IMG/VR virus record: IMGVR_UViG_3300011339_000683
Span: 1-35,732 of that record
DNA: 35,732 nt
Strand: one strand, 5' to 3'
Source: a virus
Lineage: Duplodnaviria > Caudoviricetes
Shown: one piece after another, positions 1 to 9,156 of the stretch
Numbering within the stretch: position 1 is the first letter of the stretch
Layout: every line of letters starts with the position of its first letter
Translations under genes and position numbers: made by a program
Notes under the pieces: generated by a model
What the model was told of the DNA's origin: nothing
Seen by the model: the letters and a program-made list of their open reading frames with translations, nothing else
The model's database searches: none

Positions 1-102
1 CCGTTCAGACTGGAAACGACGCAAGGAGTCGTGTATGTTCAGCCCGGCCAATACGGACGCTTCCGCATGACTGAGGAGGGCTGGACGGTTGACGCTGAAT
101 GA
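1..102 (+). CDS. 3' end of a hypothetical protein (truncated by window edge)
   Basis: Frame 1 is open from base 1 (PFRLETTQGVVYVQPGQYGRFRMTEEGWTVDAE) to TGA at 100-102. Confidence 0.4.
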   Translation, partial: PFRLETTQGVVYVQPGQYGRFRMTEEGWTVDAE

Positions 103-301
103 ATTTGCCGAAGCCATTTGCTGCGAAGGCCAGCCGTGCATGAAGCCGGAGGCGTGCGACAAGGCGCGTGAATATCGGGTGCCGGTGAATCCTATGAAGG
201 CGGCACGCGCTGTCACGCAGCTACTGTGTCGGGAATGGGCGCAGCATCGACCGGCCGGGCCTATGAGCGTTACGCGGGTTGTGGAGGGGCGGGATGAGTG
301 A
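89..301 (+). CDS. Small Cys-containing hypothetical protein
   Basis: TTG start after GAGGAG; stop overlaps the next start (ATGAGTGA coupling). Confidence 0.5.
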   Translation: MTLNEFAEAICCEGQPCMKPEACDKAREYRVPVNPMKAARAVTQLLCREWAQHRPAGPMSVTRVVEGRDE

Positions 302-533
302 GACGCGACCTCGTGGCAACCCTGTGCAGCGCCGGCAAGGTGTCATTGTGCGGGGTATTCTGATGGGCCTCGTGAACAAACGCCCGGCGCCGTTGGACGA
401 GGTGATGCAGCTCACCGGCAAATCGCGGACGACGATCATCAATCACCTCGCGCGGTTGCAGGAAAGCCGCCGCATTGCCGGATACACGACGAAGGGCGGT
501 ATTGTGCGGGTTTGGAATGAGGATCGGGAGTGA
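294..533 (+). CDS. Winged-helix DNA-binding protein, candidate late-gene regulator
   Basis: ATG at 294 after GGAGGGG; HTH-like LDEVMQLTGKSRTTIINHLARLQE plus beta-wing; last gene before the packaging module. Confidence 0.6.
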   Translation: MSETRPRGNPVQRRQGVIVRGILMGLVNKRPAPLDEVMQLTGKSRTTIINHLARLQESRRIAGYTTKGGIVRVWNEDRE

Positions 534-661
534 TGGGCGGGTATGCCATTTCTAGCCCCTCCGTGGCACCGCCAGCGGCTTTTGGGGTGGGGTCTTGTAT
601 GGGTGTAGCGGGGCGGACTGAAAACGCCCTGGCGGGCCGCTGGTAACAACGGGGATCAAGG

Positions 662-928
662 GTGGCTTTCGTTAAGGGGCAGAGCGGGAATCCGAGCGGG
701 CGGCCGAAGGAGGTCGGGCACGTTCGCGAACTCGCGCGCAAGCACACAGACGCGGCGATTGCCACGCTGATTGAAATCGGGAGCGATGGCGCCGCCCCCC
801 CAGCCGCCCGCGTGGCAGCAGCACAGGCGTTGCTCGACCGCGCATGGGGCAAGCCATCACAGGCCATCGGTGGCGCGGAGGATTTGGGGCCGGTCAAGCA
901 TGTGGTGACGTGGGAGGATGGGACGTGA
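662..928 (+). CDS. terS: Terminase small subunit-like protein (DUF5681-type N-terminus)
   Basis: FVKGQSGNPSGRPK motif, ARVAAAQALLDRAWGKP motif, position upstream of terL. Confidence 0.75.
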   Translation: MAFVKGQSGNPSGRPKEVGHVRELARKHTDAAIATLIEIGSDGAAPPAARVAAAQALLDRAWGKPSQAIGGAEDLGPVKHVVTWEDGT

Positions 929-1224
929 GCGTTAACAAGATTGCGGCGGCCGCAGAATATTCGGCGCTTTCGGCGCGAACGTTTACGGACGGCAAAGCCA
1001 TTGCGATAGCCACTTTCCGGCAATGGAAGGAGGCGGCAGTTGCAAATGGAGAAACACCAGGCGGTGTGGCGGCGCATATAGTGGCCGCGTCTATGCTGTT
1101 GAAAGTATTTACGGGCATGTTGAGTGAGGTTTCGGGTCTCACCGAAATGGACGTGCTGATGCATTTAGCGCAAGACATGCAGGAACTTACACATTTAGAC
1201 GACGGGGTTGACTGGTCGGTGTGA
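925..1224 (+). CDS. Hypothetical protein inserted between terS and terL
   Basis: GTG at 925 overlaps the terS stop and its stop overlaps the terL start (GTGA both sides); visibly more AT-rich than neighbours. Confidence 0.6.
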   Translation: MSVNKIAAAAEYSALSARTFTDGKAIAIATFRQWKEAAVANGETPGGVAAHIVAASMLLKVFTGMLSEVSGLTEMDVLMHLAQDMQELTHLDDGVDWSV

Positions 1225-2552
1225 CCACCGTCCGCACCGTCATCCCGTATTCCCCCCGCGCGCTGTTCCGCCCGTATCACCAGCGGACGCAGCGGTGGGC
1301 GTGTCTTGTGGTTCATCGGCGTGGCGGCAAGACGGTAGCGTGTGTGAACGACCTCATCAGGCGCGCGGTCAAGCTGGACAAAATAGACGGGCGCTTTGCT
1401 TACATTGGACCGCAGTTGAATCAGTCTAAGGATGTGGTCTGGACGTATCTGAAGCGGTTTGCTGGCCCGTTAATCGTAGACAAGAACGAAGCGGACTTGT
1501 GGGTTGAGATACCCAACGCAGGCGGGCACGTCTCGCGTATTCGTGTTTACGGCGCAGACAATCCCGATCGACTGCGCGGCGGGTATTTCGATTACGCATT
1601 GCTAGACGAATACGCAGACATTGCGCCAAGCGTGTATGGCGAGATCGTGCGCCCGATGCTGGCGGATCGTCAGGGCGGCGCCACGTTCATCGGCACACTG
1701 AAGGGCCGCAACCATCTGTGGAAGCTATACGAGCAGCACACGGGTGACGATGCGTGGTTCACGATGCTGGCGCGGGCGAGCGAAACGGGGGTGTTGCCCG
1801 ACGCCGAGCTTGAGGACATGCGCGCCGACATGACCCCCGAAGAATACGAACAGGAGATGGAGTGCAACCCCGACGCTGCCATCCGTGGCGCGTATTGGGG
1901 CAAGGAGCTGGCCACCGCCGAGGCTGAGGGCCGCATGATCGCCATAGAACCCGCGCTAGGCTCCGTGCATACCGTGTGGGACCTGGGCATGGGCGACAGC
2001 ACCGCGATATGGTGGTGGCAGGCGGTTGGCTCCGAAATCCGCGTTCTGGACTTCTACGAAAGCCACGGCCACGGGTTGGAGCATTACGCGGCTGTGTGCG
2101 CCTCCAAGCCATGGCCAGCGGGCGACGACTGGGTGCCGCATGACGCGAAGGTGCGGGAGTTGGGCACGGGCCGCACGCGCATCGAGACGTTGATTGCCAT
2201 GGGCCGCAAACCGCGACTGGTGCCGGATCACAAGGTCGAGGACGGCATCGAGGGCGTGCGCCGCATCCTTCCCCGATGCTGGTTCAACACGCCAACCACG
2301 CGCGATGGTGTGGAGGGGCTGAAGCAATACCGGGCGGACTATGACGAGAAGCTGAGGGTGTTTAAGGATCGGCCCCGGCATGATTGGACAAGCCATCGGT
2401 CGGACAGTTTTCGGTATCTCGCCATGGCCTATCGTGAGATCGTGCCGGCGCCGCCGAAGCCGTCCGAACGGTTCATCGCGGTGGGCAGCGGCAACACGGC
2501 CACGTTGAACGACCTTTGGGACGCGCAGAAGAAGCATAGGAAGCGCATTTAA
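1221..2552 (+). CDS. terL: Terminase large subunit
   Basis: Walker A HRRGGKT, LRGGYFDYALLDEYA Walker B, FIGT coupling motif, RNase H-like WDLGMGDST and HDWTSHRSDSFRYL. Confidence 0.95.
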   Translation: MTTVRTVIPYSPRALFRPYHQRTQRWACLVVHRRGGKTVACVNDLIRRAVKLDKIDGRFAYIGPQLNQSKDVVWTYLKRFAGPLIVDKNEADLWVEIPNAGGHVSRIRVYGADNPDRLRGGYFDYALLDEYADIAPSVYGEIVRPMLADRQGGATFIGTLKGRNHLWKLYEQHTGDDAWFTMLARASETGVLPDAELEDMRADMTPEEYEQEMECNPDAAIRGAYWGKELATAEAEGRMIAIEPALGSVHTVWDLGMGDSTAIWWWQAVGSEIRVLDFYESHGHGLEHYAAVCASKPWPAGDDWVPHDAKVRELGTGRTRIETLIAMGRKPRLVPDHKVEDGIEGVRRILPRCWFNTPTTRDGVEGLKQYRADYDEKLRVFKDRPRHDWTSHRSDSFRYLAMAYREIVPAPPKPSERFIAVGSGNTATLNDLWDAQKKHRKRI

Positions 2553-2599
2553 CGGACTAGCCAAACAACCCACCACCGCCACCCCCGCGCGTGTAAACC
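2553..2599 (+). promoter_or_regulatory. Putative late promoter, copy 1 (CGGACTAGCCAAACAA-N24-GTAAA)
   Basis: 16-mer identical to 11007-11022 with the same spacing to GTAAA; -10-like TAAACC at 2594-2599, ATG at 2606. Confidence 0.5.
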
Positions 2600-2605
2600 G
2601 GGGGC

Positions 2606-2806
2606 ATGACGACATTCGCCGGGCGCATGGACTTCACCGGGCCGCAGCCGTTCAACGTCTCCATCGAGGCGGAAGACGTGCCGCACGCGCCCGTGGCCAT
2701 GCCGGTGCTTGGCCCTGCTGTGCCGGTGGTGGCGCAGGAAGTCACGCCGGATCGTGAACTGTATCCCGCGCGTGGGCGTGGTGTGCGGCCGGGTGTCGTG
2801 CGTTGA
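2606..2806 (+). CDS. Small hypothetical protein
   Basis: 66-aa ORF filling the gap; stop overlaps the next start (TTGA). Confidence 0.55.
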   Translation: MTTFAGRMDFTGPQPFNVSIEAEDVPHAPVAMPVLGPAVPVVAQEVTPDRELYPARGRGVRPGVVR

Positions 2807-4506
2807 GCGGCACCAGCCCGGATAGTGTCATCCAGCCATCGCGGGATTACGGCGTTCTCGGCCCGTATGAGCCGAACGTTATCAGTGTGCTTGAGTTCGG
2901 CGCGGACCCAACCGGCAACAATGATAACTCGCTGATCTTCCAGACAGCCGTTGATGCGTTTACGGCAGACGGCGGCGTGCTCTACGTGCCGAGCGGCAGT
3001 TATCGGTTTACCTACGGCGTTGCGCTCCCGTCGAACGTGACAGTGCGGGGCGCTGGGCCGAGTTCAACCGCCATCGTCGCTACAGCCGACTACCCCGGCG
3101 CCACCATGGGCAATGCCTATTCGTTTTTCTACAATGAAAACTGGGACGCGACCGATATCACCGATACCGATATCTGCGTTGAGGGCATCAAGTTTGATTA
3201 TTCATGGCGCACCACGGGCAACGCCATGCATCCGCTTAAGTTCCGCAAGGTGCGGCGCCTGACGATCCGTGACAACTATTTCTATTATGGCGGCAACAGC
3301 ATCGCGGTTCGTGGCTGCGACGTGGTGTGGGTTGAAAACAACTTTGCCTATGAGTTCCGCAATTGCGCGTGGGACTTTTGGGAAGGGCCGGGGATCACGA
3401 CGGTTCGCGGCAACTACGCCGAATCCAGCGAAACGGCGCAGATGCTGAACTTCAACCCGGAGTTTAGCCCCGTCGCGTCGTCGCCTCTGGACGTGCTGGC
3501 GCGTTACCTGATCGTGGCGAACAACACGTTTAAGGCTACGGGTGAAAGCGCCGAGCCGTGCCAGATCGAACCGCTTGGCAATCGCGCTAATGGCGTGTTT
3601 GATGTGGTTGTCAGCGACAACACATTTCTAAACACTTACCTCGTTCTGCGTGGCCGCACCGAAGTGGCGACGATCACGGGGAATGTGTTTGACAATTACA
3701 GCGACCCGGATACGAACGTTATCCGCTTCCATGCGTTGAACGGCTACACGCCGAAGTCTGTCATCATCGCGAACAACGTCATCAACGAGCCGGGCACGTC
3801 CGCCGGATCGTTCGGTGTGATCCGATGCGAGGCGGACAACGCCATCGTGACGGGGAATGTGATCACCGGCACAAACTATCTGGGCGACCCGTTTTATTCC
3901 GGGACGAACAAACCAAACCAGTATGGGAATTTCTTTGAGAAGCTGGGCGTAACCGGCCGCATGCGGCAAGGCTTCGTCATCACGAACCACAACGACGGCA
4001 CGAACGACGAACGCTCTTGCATCGGCTGGGAAGATACCAGCGGCAATGCGTTGCGTATGTTCATGAATGCGAATTTACACGAGTTCTGGGCAACCAACGG
4101 CAGCGGCGCGGCGCGTCAAATTTGGTCGATGCAAGCCATGAGCGACACCGCGCAATTCAACGTGCGCGTCGGCATGCTGGTGTCGGACTTCTTTCGCAAG
4201 GGCGCTAGTTCGGGTCTGACGGCCGCAGGCGTTTCGCAGCCCGGCGCGCTTGGCCTGGTGCAGAACTTCAACGAGGTCACGACGGTTGCAGCCGGTTCCG
4301 GTGTGCGGCTACCGGCGGGCACCACGCAGTCAGTCACGGGGCTTGAGGTCACGGTTTGGAACGCGGGCGCGAACACGCTGAACGTGTATCCGCCTACCTC
4401 CGCGCAAATCAACGCGCTGGGGCTGAATGTTGCCGACACCATTGCTGCCGGTGCCTGCAAGACATACGTGGGGCTTTCGTCCGCTTTGTATCGGATCAAG
4501 ACATGA
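2803..4506 (+). CDS. Right-handed beta-helix (pectate lyase 3-like) tailspike/depolymerase with C-terminal beta-sandwich domain
   Basis: ISVLEFGADPTGNNDNSLIFQTAVD...GGVLYVPSGSY motif; repeated V-x-x-N-x-F Asn-ladder turns. Confidence 0.85.
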   Translation: MSGTSPDSVIQPSRDYGVLGPYEPNVISVLEFGADPTGNNDNSLIFQTAVDAFTADGGVLYVPSGSYRFTYGVALPSNVTVRGAGPSSTAIVATADYPGATMGNAYSFFYNENWDATDITDTDICVEGIKFDYSWRTTGNAMHPLKFRKVRRLTIRDNYFYYGGNSIAVRGCDVVWVENNFAYEFRNCAWDFWEGPGITTVRGNYAESSETAQMLNFNPEFSPVASSPLDVLARYLIVANNTFKATGESAEPCQIEPLGNRANGVFDVVVSDNTFLNTYLVLRGRTEVATITGNVFDNYSDPDTNVIRFHALNGYTPKSVIIANNVINEPGTSAGSFGVIRCEADNAIVTGNVITGTNYLGDPFYSGTNKPNQYGNFFEKLGVTGRMRQGFVITNHNDGTNDERSCIGWEDTSGNALRMFMNANLHEFWATNGSGAARQIWSMQAMSDTAQFNVRVGMLVSDFFRKGASSGLTAAGVSQPGALGLVQNFNEVTTVAAGSGVRLPAGTTQSVTGLEVTVWNAGANTLNVYPPTSAQINALGLNVADTIAAGACKTYVGLSSALYRIKT

Positions 4507-4516
4507 GAGAATTAGC

Positions 4517-4843
4517 ATGAGCGGAACGCGCAACTTCGCTATCCCGTCCGTCAACAGCACGATTGCAGTCACCAGCACGTCGCAGCGTGTTTCGTTGAGT
4601 GGCGTTGGTAGCGTGCTGCTGCTGAAGAACGTCGGCGCCACGGAGTGTTTTGTTGCGGCGGGCAACTCCACGGTTGTTGCTGTGGCGGGTGGAGGCGCTA
4701 CGGCGGCAAGCGACGGCAACATGAGCGTGGCAGCGGGCGAAATCGCTACCTACTCCATTACGGAAACGACAACCCATCTCGCCGCAATCTGTGCGTCGGG
4801 ATTCACATCCCTATTGCGGGTATCGCGCGGGGAAGGCGTGTAA
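4517..4843 (+). CDS. Small beta-rich putative virion protein
   Basis: ATG at 4517 after GAGAG; Ala/Thr/Ser/Val-rich; TAATG coupling to the next gene. Confidence 0.65.
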   Translation: MSGTRNFAIPSVNSTIAVTSTSQRVSLSGVGSVLLLKNVGATECFVAAGNSTVVAVAGGGATAASDGNMSVAAGEIATYSITETTTHLAAICASGFTSLLRVSRGEGV

Positions 4844-5808
4844 TGCTGAAGGGTATTGCAGTTGCTTCGCGTGTGGTTTCAACGTTCACCGGCAGCGGCA
4901 CTTGGACCAAATCTAGCGGCACGCGGTTTGTGCAGGTGCTCGTCGTTGGTGGGGGTGGGGGCGGGGGCTTTGGCGGCACCTATGCTGCTGTAGGTGGTGG
5001 GTCTGGCGGCGGCGGCGGCGGTAGTGCTGGCGTTGATTTTTGTCTTTTTAATGCCTCTGATATTGCCGCAATTGAGACCATCACTGTTGGCGCTGCCGGC
5101 GCTGGCGGTGCTTCCGGAGTTACGCCTTCAGGGGGCACTCTTGCTGGCCAAGGCGGTCGCGGCGGCATCAGTAGCTTTGGTAGCAAACTCTGGGGTGGTG
5201 GCGGGGGCGGTGGCGCTCCTGGCGTAGCAACAACTGCTTCTGGTGGCGGGGGCGGCGGCATCAACTCGAACGCGCAAGGTGGCTTTGGCACCAACGCAGC
5301 CGGTGGCGCAGGCGCTTCGTTTACCGGCAATTCTGGTGCACTTGGAGCTTTTGCTGTTCCCACCGCAGCAGGTTCAATTCCCACTTTTGGGGCTGCTGGT
5401 AGCGGAACAACTGCTATTGGTGCGGCGTGGCCAGGAGGAAACTCCAATGCTGTTCCAAGTGGTGGTGGGTCTGGTGGAGGATTTAACGCCGCGGGCACCG
5501 CTCAAGCTGGGGCTGCTGGCGGGACTACAATAATTAACGGCACCGCTGCCAATACTGGAGCCGCTCCTATAAACACGGCGGGCACAGCAGGTTCGGCGCA
5601 AAACGTTCTATCGGCAGGACCAATTCATATCTCCGGTGGTGGCGGCGGTGGTGGCGCTGGCTCTACAGGCAACGGTGGCGCTGGCGGCGCTGGCGGCAAC
5701 TATGGCGCTGCCGGAGGCGGCGGTGGCGCAGGCAATAGCTCTGGCGGCTTCGTCGGTGGTGTCGGCGGCGCAGGCGCTCCCGGCATCGTGATCGTGGTGG
5801 AGTGGTGA
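4843..5808 (+). CDS. Glycine-rich fibre-like virion protein
   Basis: FTGSGTWTK...VQVLVVGGGGGGG start and GGAGAPGIVIVVEW end, typical of phage Gly-rich domains. Confidence 0.8.
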   Translation: MLKGIAVASRVVSTFTGSGTWTKSSGTRFVQVLVVGGGGGGGFGGTYAAVGGGSGGGGGGSAGVDFCLFNASDIAAIETITVGAAGAGGASGVTPSGGTLAGQGGRGGISSFGSKLWGGGGGGGAPGVATTASGGGGGGINSNAQGGFGTNAAGGAGASFTGNSGALGAFAVPTAAGSIPTFGAAGSGTTAIGAAWPGGNSNAVPSGGGSGGGFNAAGTAQAGAAGGTTIINGTAANTGAAPINTAGTAGSAQNVLSAGPIHISGGGGGGGAGSTGNGGAGGAGGNYGAAGGGGGAGNSSGGFVGGVGGAGAPGIVIVVEW

Positions 5809-5810
5809 TC

Positions 5811-6023
5811 ATGGAAGACCGATATTTGATCATTACGACCGCTGCGATTGAACGGACGGAACTCGACGCTGACGGCAACGTGTCCCAGATCACGATTGCG
5901 CCTGGCACTGTCGTGAACACGGTCATCTGGGATGGCGTGACCCCTTGGAACCCCGGCGAGGGTATGCAGGCGGTGTTGGAATCGGAATATCTGCCGGCCA
6001 ACCCCGCAAAGAAACTTAAGTAA
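5811..6023 (+). CDS. Small partner/chaperone-like protein of the Gly-rich gene
   Basis: GTVVNTVIWDGVTPWNP motif; TAATG coupling to the portal. Confidence 0.6.
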   Translation: MEDRYLIITTAAIERTELDADGNVSQITIAPGTVVNTVIWDGVTPWNPGEGMQAVLESEYLPANPAKKLK

Positions 6024-8407
6024 TGTCGGGCACCGCCACCCGCGCCGAAAGCCCCGAGGATTTCGGGCAAAACCCGCGTGGTGTGGCCGCGCGCTGGATT
6101 GCTGAAATCCGCCTGGCAGAGCAGTCCATGCAGCGCTTTTGGGACCGTGGCGCGCGGATTGAGGCCCGGTATCTGGATGAACGACGCGAGGTAGATCGCG
6201 GCGAACGGCGCTTCAACATCTTCTGGAGCAACGTTCAGACGCTCAAGCCGGCCGTGTATGCCAAGCCGCCGAAGCCGATTGTGCAGCGCCGGTATCTGGA
6301 CGCAGACCCGGTAGGACGCGCGGCCAGCACGATCCTACAGCGCGCCATTGCGACAAGCATTGAAATGTCGGACTGGCACGAGACGACCTCGCAGGCGGTT
6401 GATGACTACCTCGTGCCGGGGCGTGGGACGTGCTGGGTGCGCTACGAACCGCATTTCCGGGATATCGACGCGGCACAGGTGCAGGCGGGTGAGGCGCTGG
6501 AGGGCGGCGAAGCGGCCCCGATGGAGGGGGCAAACCATATTCCCGACACCGGGAAAATGGTGCCGCCAGTTGTCAAGGATTCCTTGACAACTCAGGGCGA
6601 GGCGGCTGAAGCGCGCGAGGATGGCCCGGAGAACGACGGCTACCAGATCACGAACACCGTCGAGAACCCGCGCGAGATCACATACGAGGAAGTCTGCTGG
6701 GATTACGTTCACTGGCAAGACTTGCTGCACAACGCCGCGCGCATTTGGCAGGAAGTCCGCTGGGTTGGCCGGCGCGTGCTTGTGGACCGCGACGAAGGCG
6801 TTGAGCGCTTCGGGGCGATGTTCCGCGGTGTGCCGATGACCTGGGCACCGGATGGCGTGGACAAGGAAAGCACGCAGTTCCAGTTCTTCCAGCGCGCGGT
6901 TGTGTATGAGATTTGGGACAAGCCGAGCCGCAAAGTCTATTGGATTTGCCCCGACTACGGCGATGCGCCGCTGGATGAGCGCGATGACCCGTTGAAGCTG
7001 GCAGACTTCTTCCCGTGCCCCCGCCCGCTGAGCGCCACCACGGCCACGAATAGCGTTCTGCCGCGCGCTGATTTCGTGATGTATCAGGACCAGGCGGAAC
7101 TTCTGGATGAACTAGAGGGCCGCATTGCCCGGCTGTCGCAGGCGATCAAGGCTGTTGGCGTGTATGACGCGGCGGCTGATGGTGTGCAGCGCGTGTTCAA
7201 CGAGGGCGTCGACAACCAGCTTATCCCGGTGAACAATTGGGCTTCGTTCGCACAGGGTGGCGGCTTCAAAGGCGCGGTTGACTTCCTGCCGCTGGACACG
7301 ATGGCGCAGGCGTTGGCGCAGTTGGCGTTGGTGAAGGAAGCCACGAAGCGCGACCTCTACGAGATCACCGGCATCAGCGACATTGTGCGCGGGCAGGGTA
7401 TGGCCAGCGCCACGGCAACGGCCGAGCGCATCAAGGGGCAGTTTGCGCAGCTTCGCCTTCGTGACCGGGTGCAGGACGTGGCCCGGTTCTGCCGCGATAT
7501 GGTGCGGATGACTGGCGAACTTATCTGCAAGCACTTCGAGCCTCAGACGTTGATGCTCCTGTCGGACTACCAGAACAGCACGGGGGCCAGCCCGGAACTG
7601 GCGCAGGCGGCGATTGCGCTGCTGAAGAACGATCAGGTGCGGGGCTTCCGCATCGACATTGAGGTTGATAGCACCGTTATTGCCGATCAGCAGGAGGAAC
7701 AGGAATCCCGTGTGGCGTTCTTGTCGATGGCCGGCAACTTCCTCCGCGAAGCCGTTCCTCTCGCCATGCAAGTCCCCGCGTTGGGCGAGTTGGCGGGGCA
7801 AATGCTCCTTTTCGGCATCCGTGGCTTCCCCGTTGGCCGCGAGATGGAAAGCGTGTTCGAGACGGCGTTGCAGCAGCTTGCCCAAGCACAGCAGAACCCC
7901 GAACCGAAGCAACCGACCCCGGAAGAGATAGACGCACAGACCAAGGCGCAGGTTGAGCAACAGCGCATTGCGATGGATGCGCAGAAGCTACAGGCGGACA
8001 ACGAGTTCCGGGCGGCTGAACTGCAACTCAAAGCCGCTCAACAGCAGCTAGAGGACCGGAAGGTGTCGCTTGAAGAACAGCGCGCGGTGCATGAGCGCGA
8101 TATCGGCATGCGTGAACAGGCCATCCGTGCGGGCGACCTCACGCTGAAGTCCGAGGCAGCCGAACAGAAGCGCCGCGCCGAGCAGATGGACAGGGACATG
8201 ACCGAAGTAACGGCGGTGCAGCAAGCGATGCAGCAGCTTGCGCAGGCCATGGGCCAGATGGGCCAGCAGCAGCAGCAGGCGCAGGCCGAGACGATGGCGG
8301 GGCTTGAGACGGTTCTCAAGGGCGTTCTGGCGCCGCGCCGTGCGAAGGCTGTGCGCGGGCCGGATGGGCGGATTAGCGAGGCTATCAGCGTGCCGGAGGG
8401 CGTTTGA
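6023..8407 (+). CDS. Portal protein (P22-like, long C-terminal coiled coil)
   Basis: 794 aa; RFNIFWSNVQTLKPAVY, YEITGISDIVRG, TATAERIKGQF motifs; Gln-rich helical C-terminus; between terL and scaffold. Confidence 0.88.
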   Translation: MSGTATRAESPEDFGQNPRGVAARWIAEIRLAEQSMQRFWDRGARIEARYLDERREVDRGERRFNIFWSNVQTLKPAVYAKPPKPIVQRRYLDADPVGRAASTILQRAIATSIEMSDWHETTSQAVDDYLVPGRGTCWVRYEPHFRDIDAAQVQAGEALEGGEAAPMEGANHIPDTGKMVPPVVKDSLTTQGEAAEAREDGPENDGYQITNTVENPREITYEEVCWDYVHWQDLLHNAARIWQEVRWVGRRVLVDRDEGVERFGAMFRGVPMTWAPDGVDKESTQFQFFQRAVVYEIWDKPSRKVYWICPDYGDAPLDERDDPLKLADFFPCPRPLSATTATNSVLPRADFVMYQDQAELLDELEGRIARLSQAIKAVGVYDAAADGVQRVFNEGVDNQLIPVNNWASFAQGGGFKGAVDFLPLDTMAQALAQLALVKEATKRDLYEITGISDIVRGQGMASATATAERIKGQFAQLRLRDRVQDVARFCRDMVRMTGELICKHFEPQTLMLLSDYQNSTGASPELAQAAIALLKNDQVRGFRIDIEVDSTVIADQQEEQESRVAFLSMAGNFLREAVPLAMQVPALGELAGQMLLFGIRGFPVGREMESVFETALQQLAQAQQNPEPKQPTPEEIDAQTKAQVEQQRIAMDAQKLQADNEFRAAELQLKAAQQQLEDRKVSLEEQRAVHERDIGMREQAIRAGDLTLKSEAAEQKRRAEQMDRDMTEVTAVQQAMQQLAQAMGQMGQQQQQAQAETMAGLETVLKGVLAPRRAKAVRGPDGRISEAISVPEGV

Positions 8408-8802
8408 TGGCGCTGCAACTCGGGACCACGCTGCGGAACACCATGGCGGGCGATATCGTCACGGCGGCGGCGGCCGGCTCGATTAAGATTTTCTCCGGGG
8501 CTGTGCCGGCCAATTGCGCGGCGGCTGATCCATCCGGCGCGTTGACCACGGCCACGCTGCCCAACCCAGCCCTGACGGCATCAGCGGGCGTTTGCACCAA
8601 GGCAGGGACGTGGACGTTCACCGGCAGCGCCACGGGCGTAGCGGCATCGTTCCGGCTCTACACATCGGGCGCGGTGTGCTTCGCGCAAGGCAACGTTACA
8701 GCCACGGGCGGCGGCGGGACGATGGAAATTGACAACACCACCATCAACGCCACGCAGAACGGCACCGTAACCGGCGTGACGATCACCGTAGGGGGCGCAT
8801 GA
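8407..8802 (+). CDS. Putative virion structural protein
   Basis: TGATG coupling; Ala/Gly/Thr-rich, IKIFSGAVPA...ATGVAASFRL pattern. Confidence 0.7.
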   Translation: MALQLGTTLRNTMAGDIVTAAAAGSIKIFSGAVPANCAAADPSGALTTATLPNPALTASAGVCTKAGTWTFTGSATGVAASFRLYTSGAVCFAQGNVTATGGGGTMEIDNTTINATQNGTVTGVTITVGGA

Positions 8803-9155
8803 TGCGCAAGATCATCCTGCTTGACCGGCTGGCGCTTGGATCGGTGGATGAATCCTACCGCGTGGCGTTCTGGTTGGACGTGCCGGCCGAGCGGCGCCAA
8901 TTCTACGCCAACCCGCAAGCCGTAAGTGTGGTTCGCGATATCACGGCGGAAGAGATTGGCGACTTCCGGGCCGGGCGCTTCGTGGAGGTGGTGGACAACC
9001 TCACCAAGCCGCCCAAGGCTACCGAGGAAGAAGCCCGCGCCATGCTGGAAATGTCCTACCTCCGGCGCCAGGCCGATTTGAACGCGCTGAACCCGTGGGA
9101 GCGATACGGCACCTATTGGGACGGCGCGACGTGGTTTGACGTGACGGTGGCTTAA
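8799..9155 (+). CDS. Hypothetical protein
   Basis: ATGA-coupled ORF ending RYGTYWDGATW. Confidence 0.7.
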   Translation: MMRKIILLDRLALGSVDESYRVAFWLDVPAERRQFYANPQAVSVVRDITAEEIGDFRAGRFVEVVDNLTKPPKATEEEARAMLEMSYLRRQADLNALNPWERYGTYWDGATWFDVTVA

Positions 9156-9156
9156 G

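Noticed and set aside
534-661. tRNA or self-cleaving ribozyme in the intergenic region
   Set aside because: No cloverleaf or T-loop and no hammerhead core found by eye; kept only as a weak structure note.
4940-5790. GGC/GGT-rich repeats as a CRISPR array or satellite
   Set aside because: Explained by poly-Gly coding; no constant repeat-spacer period. No CRISPR array was seen anywhere in the window.
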